Shown here: in pieces, positions 55,091 through 64,000 of the stretch
Layout: each line of letters opens with the position of its first letter
How positions within the stretch are numbered: position 1 is the stretch's first letter
Origin: Schmidtea nova
Taxonomy: Eukaryota
Length of the DNA stretch: 64,000 bases
Assembly: GCA_044892505.1 (NCBI GenBank)
Contig: CM097882.1
Span: 399,528,001 to 399,592,000 of the forward strand
Direction: 5' to 3'
Notes under the pieces: generated by a model
What the model saw: the letters and a program-made list of their open reading frames with translations, nothing else
The model's database searches: none
Told to the model about the DNA's origin: nothing
Position numbers and translations under genes: made by a program

Positions 55091-57358
55091 CTAACGTGTC
55101 TTGCAATCTATCATGGTAAAGATGAAGGAAAAACCGTCGTCTGCTGGGAGGGGTCCTACTAGGTCAATGTGCGGAATGTCGAAGCGGGAGCCGGTAGAAA
55201 AAAGGGTGAGCGGTGGTTTGACGTGCTTATTAACTTTATGTTTTTGGCAGCCTTGGCACTCATTTACCCATTGTTTGACATCTTTGAATAAGGCGTACCA
55301 AGTTACTTTCTGGCGGAGTAGTGCGTAAGTGGATTTAATACCGGGGTGATGAAGATTATGGACAGCGAGAAACGCTTCTTTGCGGAGTGATTCGTATAGT
55401 ATGGGACGCAGAGTGTTGTTAAAGGATGTGTCGTAATGTACGCCGTCGATGAGTTTATGGGAGTCTTTGAACCTGGAAATGTCGTTCTCAGAGGGTGGTG
55501 TGGAAGCTAGGGTGTCTAGTGAGAAGATGGGGAAGAAGGATATTGAGTTTAAGATTGCGCGTGAAAAACAGAATGCAATTACATTGTCACCTCCTGCGAT
55601 GTGTTTGATCTCGAAATCAAAAGATGATAGAAAAGCGAGCTGACGGAATACCCTATTTGAAAGATCTTTCATGGTGAGGCAGTGTATGAAAGGTTTGTGG
55701 TCGGTGAATATTGTGAAATGTCTACCCTCTAAGAAGTGCCGGAAATGTTTAACAGACAGCACGATGGCTAGTAGTTCTCTGTCAAAGGCGCTGTACCTTG
55801 TTTCTGCTAGTGAGAATTTCCGGGGAAAATTTTCGACGGGGCGAGGAACGTCGTCTTTAATTTGGTGGAGAACCGCCTTGGCTGCTATGTCTGAGGCGTC
55901 GGTGGTTAGAGTGAATGGCAGGTCGTTATGTGGGTAAAACAGTGTTGAGATATTAGTCAAAGCGTTTTTTACGTCTGTGAAGGCCTGGTCTGTTTTGTCG
56001 GACCATTTGATAATAGCCTTTTTGGGGCCCTGAATGAGTGCTGATAGTGGTACGGTAATGTAGGACGAGTTTGGGATAAATCTGTGACAGAATTTTACAG
56101 TTCCGAGAAAGCTGCGAAGTTCCGTGACCGTGGACGGCTTTGGAAATGCACGGATAACATTTAGTCTTTCTGGGAATGGTTCACATCCGTCTGCGGATAG
56201 TATGTGGCCTGGGAAGCGAACGCGCGACTTGAAAAACTAGCACTTATCAGGGCTGATTTGGAGGTTCTTTTTGTCGAGGACGTCAAATACCTGCATTAGA
56301 TCTTTTGAGTTCGAAGATTCGTAGGGGGAAGCGACAATGATGTCGTCTAGATAGGCGAATGTATGTTTAAGGTGTCGGATGGTAATATCCATGAAGCGTT
56401 GTAGTGTCTGAGCGGCGTTTCTGAGGCAAAATGGCATGAAAAGGTATTCGAAGTTGCCAAAAGGGTTAGTGACTGCTGTTTTTGGAATATCATATGGATT
56501 GACCGGGAACTGGTGGAATGCTTTTGCGAGGTCAATTGTGGAAAAAACTGTGTTCCTGGAAAAACGTGAAAACAGATCCTTGATGAGAGGCATTGGGTAA
56601 GCCTCGTGTATTGTGACGCTGTTCAATGCGCGAAAATCGCCACAAGGACGAAAGGAACCGTCTTTCTTTGTTACCAAGTGAATAGGAGAAACCCATGGGG
56701 AGGAGGTGTGTTGGATGATGCCTTTGTCTTCTAGCTCGGAAAATTAGAGTCCTACGGCCTGTCGTTTATTAATAGCTAGAGGTCGGGAACGAGGGTTTTG
56801 TGGTGTGCACAGGACGGTATTGATGAAATGAACGGACTCTTTGCTGGGAACGTGTGTGGTAGACTTGGTCAGAAGGTTCGGGAAATGTGTGACAATGACT
56901 GACTCTACATTGTCTGCTGTTAAAGATATTGTTGTTTGTTGTGGAACTATCGTGGAAACTGGCAGAGGGAGCTGATATATTCTTCTGTTTTTACAGTCGA
57001 TGTTCACTTCTTCGGTCGTTAAGAAATCGAGGCCTAGTATAGGAAATGTGGTATCAGCGATGTAGAAGGAGTGTGAGAAAAGTTTGGAAAAACCTGGAAG
57101 GCAAAACTGAATAGTTTTTGTACTCGAGAGTAGTATGTGCGTACCATTCGCTGCTACGACGGAGGATGAACAGGGTGTGTCTGTGGAGAAGGTGGTAGGT
57201 AATATTGAATATGAGGAGCCTGTGTCTATAACAAGTGTTATGGTGCGTCGATCGGGTTGGCCGTATTCTTCTGACAATTCTGCGTTGATTGTGAAGTTTC
57301 CGGCAATTCTAGGTAAGATTAATGTAAGGACTGCCTTGTTTGTGGTAACGAGGGGCAT
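55091..57358 (-). pseudogene. pol: pol (PR, RT, RNase H, N-terminal integrase), fragmented
   Basis: ORF pieces 56744-57358, 56237-56677 and 55091-55960 carry canonical Gypsy motifs in order. Confidence 0.92.
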
Positions 57359-59117
57359 TGTTAGGGGTGGTGCATGAAATGTGGTGGCTGTGGTGGCTGT
57401 GGTGTCTGTGGTGGCTGTGGTAGAACGTGCGTGTTGTCTGCGCTGGCTTCGTCGTATGAAGAAATAGGCGGTGCTTGTGGTATTGTTACTAGTGTTGTTG
57501 ATGGTACTGTGAATGATATTGTTGGCGATGATGTGGGTATGCTGTGTGTAGTGTCTTTGTTGGTGTTGGTGTTAGTATTGTGCGAGGTTTGCTTGGTGGT
57601 GTTTGTGCTGGTGCGGGTGTTGATGCTAGTGCTGTGCGAGGTGATGTGGGTGGTGAGGTGGTTTGTGCTGTACTGAGTATTGGTTTAGAGCTAGGTACTT
57701 GTAATGTAGACAAATCGACGTTAATTTCGGAAATGGTGTTTGTTGGCGCAGTTGATCGTATGTGCATTGGACGTGGTTGGCTGTGAGAAAAAGAATTCAC
57801 TGGCTGTAAGTCATCGGGGCGTTCAGGAATGTCCGATGACTGGGTTAGTTTTTTGAAGGATGGACGTCACGTGTGCGCCAGGTGCATCCTTCGAGGCACG
57901 ATCTGGCTTCATTCTTGTAGAGGTGATGGTGAATACACACTGGGATTATTGGATTCTGATGTGTACGGAATTTGGACGTGCAACCGATGAAGCCTTTCTG
58001 TGCATGTTGTCTAAATCTATTGTGGTAAAAGCAAATTAGTTGTGCGCCCATATTGGGTTGTATGTTTTGTGTGCGTGTCGTTGGTTGGTGGTTGGGATGT
58101 TGTACATGTGACGGCAATGTGTGATTGGAATATATTTCGACGTTGCGAGCGTAAGGGTTATCAGGTGTATGTGTTGCGTTCACAGTGGGAGATGGTGGTG
58201 GTGATGGGTAAATATCGGCGCGAGGTTTATGTGGTTGAAGTGCGTGAATGCGATTGGCTATTTTAGCAAGATGGTATGGGTCTTCCGAGTCTACTAATGC
58301 GAAAGAGGTCGTTATCGTGTGTTGGATCTAGGTAACAATTATGGGTGATGTTTGTAGTTAAAGGGCGAAAGAGAGGCGGGATAGAGAATTCGGGAAGGGT
58401 ATATTTAAATAATATAATATTTATCAAACAATATTTATTAAATAATATATACATAAAATTATGGTAAATATGAATAAAATTTTATTTACAGAAATATAAT
58501 AAATGATACTTATTGTCATATCATTTGGATTGGTGAAACTATTGTAATTCGGTTGAGATATTTGATGTTGTTGTTGGAATGAGTGCATAACTTTGGTAGT
58601 TGTCAGAGAGGCTGATAGCAATGAGCACGGAGTAGCGACAGAGAATATCGACATTGCTACGGTAAGTTGTCAACTAATTGTGTATTGTTGGTTCTGATTA
58701 TCCAATGAAATGAGAGTAAATTGTGGTTGAATAGAATGATGTTGAGGAAAGAACACTCCGAGATTGTGAATAATGCTGCTGTAAACGACTTGTTGCGGCT
58801 GTGGATGAATTTGATTGATCAAGTAATATTCACTTTCTGATGCTGGAGAGCCGACAGTTCTGATACTATCTTTAGTAGCACTGAAATAAATGACTGTAAA
58901 CAATAAAATTTTATTTAACCAAAAATGTCGGAGCATTGAGTCTTGATTAGTTTCCTTCTTCTTAATAATTAAATCTGTCGTCTTCTCATTTGAATATGCT
59001 TGGTGCTTCTTTGTTAACTGAACTCTCATCTTTTGATTTTGCATAACCTTGCTTGCCATTTTTTAGTGAATATTAAAACAACGATAAAACCAAATGTAGA
59101 TAAGATATATTTAATTT

Positions 59118-59121
<4 letters not shown>

Positions 59122-59181
<60 letters not shown>
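59122..59181. repeat. (TA)n microsatellite inside the LTR
   Basis: AT dinucleotide run. Confidence 0.95.
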
Positions 59182-59184
<3 letters not shown>

Positions 59185-59804
59185 AATGTAAATTAAATAT
59201 ATATGATGAAGGCACTACATTTAATATTTTTCGAAAATCTGAAAATAAAACTGGAATTTTCAATGAAAAATTGAATTTCATACACCAAACTTTATCATAT
59301 GAACCCTAATTTAGCGTTGAAAATGGAAAAATCTAAAGAAAAGAACCCTAAAATTGATTTTAACGAAAGGTTATTTACGCAGTTAGCGATAAAAAACCCT
59401 ACATTTTGTTAAAATTTGAGTCTCCAGAAATGCATACTTACGAATGACAATTAGATGCGATGAAAGTGCAAAACATTTCTTTTGTTTGTGGTTATTTTCG
59501 CTGAATAAACAAGTGCGTTGTGTTGAATAAAATGAACTAACTTATCTTTCATAAAACTTTAGAACCTGAATGATTGAAATTTTTGTCAATTTATTTTTAA
59601 GATACCAAAGATTCTACCATACTCGTCTCAAACTCAACCGCAAAATTGCTAATCAAAAAATGGGAACATATTTTCCGAAAATTTTGCAAAAAAATTGACT
59701 TTCGTTAAAGTTATAATCTCTTCATACTGCATAATAATAATTTGTTAAATTAAAATATATATTTTTATAACAGTGCCAACTTGATAATATTAAAACAAAG
59801 TTAA

Positions 59805-60790
59805 TTATTGAACATTACTCTCCTCATTTTCATTTTCTTTGCATCTCTTCAGCCATTCAACTCTTCTTGATTTGATTGAGTTTGGAAATTGTAATTCAAC
59901 TTGTCTTGGTGATAAGAATTTTAAAATTTTGTAAGGTCCTTCATATTGGATTCCCTCCTTCTTTCGTCTATGTGGTTTCAAGCGAACTAATACTTTCTCT
60001 CCCACCTTGAATACTCGAGTACCCGCGTGTTCTAAATCTCTTTTTTGCATTGTTGTAGCTGTTTTCTCTAGATTAGTTTTTGTTTTATGAACAATTTCTT
60101 TTTTACTTTTTTGTATATGTCCTAATCTAGAATATAAATTAATCTTCCGGCCATATACAATTTCAAAAGGTGAGAAATTTGTTGAGTTTTGTATTGTAGC
60201 ATTCAAACTAAATTCAATCTTCGGTAACAATCTGCACCAACTATTCTCTGTTCTAATCTCTATTAATGATGTTACCAACATGTCCCGAACTGTTCTTATG
60301 ATTCGTTCTGCTAAAACATTTGATTGATGTTGATAAATCTTTTCGTTGTAAATTTTTTGACTATAATATAAAATTTAAAATATATATTTTATTTTAAAAA
60401 TTAATATTAATTCGTTTGAATAATCGATTTATTTTTGAATGTAAGATTGGGTAGCACCTGATGAAGAGAATTAAGTTCTCGAAATATATTGTGCAAAATA
60501 TATATTTGGATTGGCGTTTGTTTTAAATGATGTTGATATGTTGAACTAAATTCTTGTTTTATACCAAATTTTTCCATCCAATCACGAAACATTGATCCTT
60601 CAAAAATTCTTCCTCTATCTGTAAGAATGTTCTCTGGTCTACCAAAACGATATATCCAATTATTTAAAATGACATTCAAAATTGTTGATTCATCCTGCAT
60701 ACTTGTTGCTGATAAGCTGACCAATTTACTAAAACGAACTATTATCACTATCATATACGTGGTGCGCCCAATAAGTCGTGAGACTAATAT
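59805..60790 (-). pseudogene. Gypsy integrase core and C-terminal fragment of an unrelated family, interrupted at ~60330-60530
   Basis: WIYRFGRPENILTDRGRIFE, FSPFEIVYGR and YEGPYKIL (GPY/F motif). Confidence 0.85.
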
Positions 60791-60899
60791 AGAAATAATA
60801 ATAGTAAAAAAAATTGATACAGACATATCTAAACTTCAACATATATAGGTAAAGAAAATGTATTTTGTTTTAATAATCCATTATTGCTTAAGTATATTT

Positions 60900-63463
60900 T
60901 TGCGAACATTCGAAAAAGGCCTCCTACCAAGCTCCGAAATGAATTCATATTTTAAGAAGGAAGATCCAATAATATCCGAAATTAACATTATCAGAAAAGA
61001 AAAAATTTGCAGACTAATCCTGAATAGAATTAAAGTACAATATATTTATGATGAACTCCTAGAAACGGCAGATAGTGCTCCAGGCATGGATCTTATTCCT
61101 ATACGCCAATGGAAATCGTGGATGAATGAAAATGCACCAGTTGAGATTTTCAACTACATTCTCAACCAAAAAAGGATTCCGGAACAATGGAAGACCTTCG
61201 AGACAAAACTTATTATCAAGCCAGGGAAAGAAACTCAGAGCCAAATAGCATCAAATTGGGGTCCCATCGCCATTATGCCAACCCTATACCGACTATTTAT
61301 GAAAATTATCAATCGTAGAATGCTGAAGTGGATCTCCAAAGGGAACTTACTTAACAACTGGCAAAAAGCCGTAAATATGAAGAATGGATGTGATGAACAC
61401 AATTACAGACTACGTTATGCTAAAGAATAAGTACATCTAGTCTTCCTAGACCTAGCTGATGCCTTCGGAAGTATCCTCTATGAAGTCATATGGTACACCC
61501 TGTCTAAGCTGGGTGCTCCAAAAGAAATAATCTCCTTAATCAAAGAAAGCTACTCAAACTGCCACACCATCTACAAAAGTGGCGACCAGAGATCAGAAAA
61601 AATAAAACTGGTGAAAGGTGTCAAACAGGGCTGCCCGCTCTCGATGACACTTTTCAGCCTATGCATTGAATTCCTTCTAGAATCGGTCATCTCGCTCAAC
61701 AAAGGAACATCAATGGCTGGAGTTGATTTGAATATCCTCGCCTATGCCGATGATTTGGTTATAATATCCAAGTCCAACGAAAATGCCCAAAGCATGAGAG
61801 ATGAACTCTGTTCCCAAGCGGCCAAAGCCCATCTAATCTTTAAACCGGAAAATGCGATTATTATAATAACCCTCAGAATAATAAAGAAATATTAATTTAT
61901 AACAAACCGATTAAAAAGATAAATCCTGAAAATATCTATACCTAGTTGGGGGTCCAAGTAGGTGACTCTAAGAAACGGAACCTAGAAAAACTATTCACCT
62001 TAGTAGAGAAAAAATCTGAAAATTTTATCAAGTCTAAACTTAGATGCCAACAGAGAGTGGAAGCCTATCTGATCTTTGACCACTCCAAGTTTATATTCCC
62101 ACTGCAGGCAGAGGATGTGGCTAAAGCTAATATTGATGCATTTGACCAGAAAATCAAAACCATGATAAAAAAGAATATTATAGACCTTCCAAACTCCTCT
62201 CCCTTCATGGACTCAATTATCTATGCTCCCAAGGAAAAAGGTGGCATAGGCATAACAAAAATAAGAGATGAACAAATGATACAATGTATAACAAGATTTA
62301 TTAAGTTATACAATAGTAATCATAAGGCAATAAATAGAATCCTTGTGGAAGAACTGATTGATATAGCAGCTGTCAGATCCGAAATTCCTATCTCATCAAT
62401 CTCCGAAGCATGTAAGTGGCTTGATGGCTCCATCCCTTACGTCAAGAAGAATAACACTAAAACCTCCTGGCTAATGAGAGTCAAAAATGCCATTGACAAC
62501 CTAAGACAAAATCACAATATTAATATAAAATTTACCTTTAGAGGAATAATTCTCGGTACAGAAACAGAATGCTCGGCAAAGGATAAATCTACGCTTACCT
62601 ATGATGTCCAAGAACTTTCCAAAAACCTTCACTGGATGTTGAAAGAACAATACCTTATCACCTGGAAAGCTGCTACATGCCAAGGTTATATTCTCAGGCT
62701 CCCAGTCTCAGATTATATGGAAAAATCCTTTCCGAAAATACTCCCCGATAATGAATGGCGATTTCTTGTTAAAGCATGGTCTAATATGCTCGATCTCAAC
62801 TTCAAGCAATCGAAGCAAGGTGGGAGAATTGGATCGATAAGCTGCAGAAGATGCCAATATATCAAAGAATGCTCTCCTCATGTCATCAACCATTGCAACT
62901 TAGGAAATGCAATTAGAACCGCAAAGCATACTGAAGTCCAAAAACTGCTTGGAAAACTACTAAAATCCAAAGAGTTGGCCTTCGAGCTTGAATCCAGACC
63001 TCCTGAATCCACCCAAAATCTTCGACCAGACATCATCATTCGTCAAAAAGATAAAATAACAATCTTGGATATCAAGTGCCCCTTAGATGATTCCAGCTCT
63101 GTGGAACAGGCTCGTAACAAGAACTGCGATAAATACCGACTTCTAGCTACCGAAATCCAAACAGTTACATGCATCAAGACCACAGTCCAAACGTTCTTGA
63201 TTTGTTCCCTTGGTACGTGGGACAAAAGAAATAACGATGTCCTCAAAATTCTCGGTTTCAAATTCTCTGATTACAAGAACTACAAAAATGATATGATCAA
63301 GAAGGTGATAACGGATCCCGAATGACCTACGACCTTCATCGAGGGTTCAATGTTTAATACCTAGTGTACTCTAGCTCCAATTGATGTCCCATTATCTTCG
63401 AAGTTTCGAGATAATTGCTATACTTGTCCTTAGTGGCAATTAGAATTGTTGTATTAATAAATT
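60900..63463 (+). mobile_element. 5'-truncated, frameshifted non-LTR retrotransposon with restriction-like endonuclease (R2 group, NeSL/Utopia-like)
   Basis: SAPGMD, WGPIAI, FLDLADAFGS, GVKQGCPLS and AYADDL RT motifs; CRRC...HVINHC knuckle; KH..V, RPDI, LDIK and KY endonuclease motifs; short 3' UTR with AATAAA. Confidence 0.9.
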
Positions 63464-63464
63464 T

Positions 63465-64000
63465 TAGTCATTCAATACCGTAGCGTTATTCGCTTTCTCT
63501 TTCTGAAAGGAAAAAATAGAGAAGAGGTTCTTTCTGAACTGAAAGCTGTTTACCAACAAGAGTGCCCATCCACAGCAATAATTTATCGTATGTTCAATTA
63601 CTTTCAGAGTGGTAGAACCTCTTGGTGGACGAAGAAAGATCTGGAAGACCCTCAGAAATTGATGAAAAATATCGCAAAAGCTGCAGACAATCGTGCAAAA
63701 CGAGAGAAAAATAACGACGAGAGAGCTCACAACCCGTCTAAATGTGACCAAAGGCACTGTGCATACTCTCCTCACTGAAAGTGGTATTCGAAAACTATGT
63801 TCCTGTTTTGTGCCACGCTTCTTAACGGTGGAAATGCGATAACGACGCTTGGAATGCTGCTTGGAGAATCTGCAGATCAGGACCAATGTTGGAGACCGTT
63901 TCATTGATAATATCCTCACTGTGGACGAGACACCGTTGTCCCTTTATGTCCCCGAATCTAAAAGAGAGTCTCAAGAATGAAAACTGCCAGGAGAAAGCAG
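63465..64000 (+). pseudogene. Mariner transposase fragment, running off the window
   Basis: FQSGRTSLVDEERSGRP HTH region, RKLCSCFVPRFLT (WVPxxL-like) and ILTVDET...YVPESKRES, with stops and frameshifts. Confidence 0.88.

Larger units (their letters stand above)
55015..59219 (-). mobile_element. Decayed, 3'-truncated Gypsy element related to 6718-10658 (5' LTR 59219-58871, deleted gag, disrupted pol)
   Basis: LTR starts TGTAGTGCCT and ends GCTACTAAA; degenerate PBS TAGTATCAGAA; gag C-terminus ICFYHNRF..HAQK and AAAAAAC-TAA; IDTGSS, YLDD, TDASD, H..HH...CQGC and HIDLVGPLP motifs with stops and frameshifts. Confidence 0.9.

Overview
AT-rich eukaryotic DNA, almost entirely transposon-derived. 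Roughly 50-nt introns and the element type suggest a planarian flatworm (inference). The centrepiece is a structurally complete, young giant Ty3/Gypsy LTR retroelement of about 28.6 kb (17667-46245). It has 3.3-kb LTRs with TGTTGGG...CCCAACA ends, an ACAA target-site duplication and a tRNA-Pro primer site, and it resembles the giant 'Burro' elements of Schmidtea. It encodes one ~5,000-codon reading frame, broken here by two in-frame stops, ordered Gag, ubiquitin-like domains, Bcl-2-like domain, signal peptide plus chuvirus-like fusion glycoprotein, PR, RT, RNase H, IN, duplicated ankyrin module, and a second signal peptide plus FN3-like membrane protein. It also carries separate accessory genes (IAP-type RING, full-length TRAF, two coiled-coil proteins, a small membrane protein) and two genes inside each LTR. 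Every accessory ATG is preceded by a splice acceptor, so the element is organised like a complex enveloped retrovirus with an anti-apoptotic/TNF-signalling toolkit. The rest of the window holds three decayed related LTRs, a nested 3.9-kb non-autonomous LTR element with a ubiquitin-like(GG)-Gag fusion and captured Ig-like fragments, a decayed pol-bearing relative of it, the host gene LTV1, probable 3' exons of a second host gene, a Penelope GIY-YIG palindrome, an RLE-type non-LTR retrotransposon, a mariner fragment and two assembly gaps. All domain calls are by eye from motifs; no searches were run.
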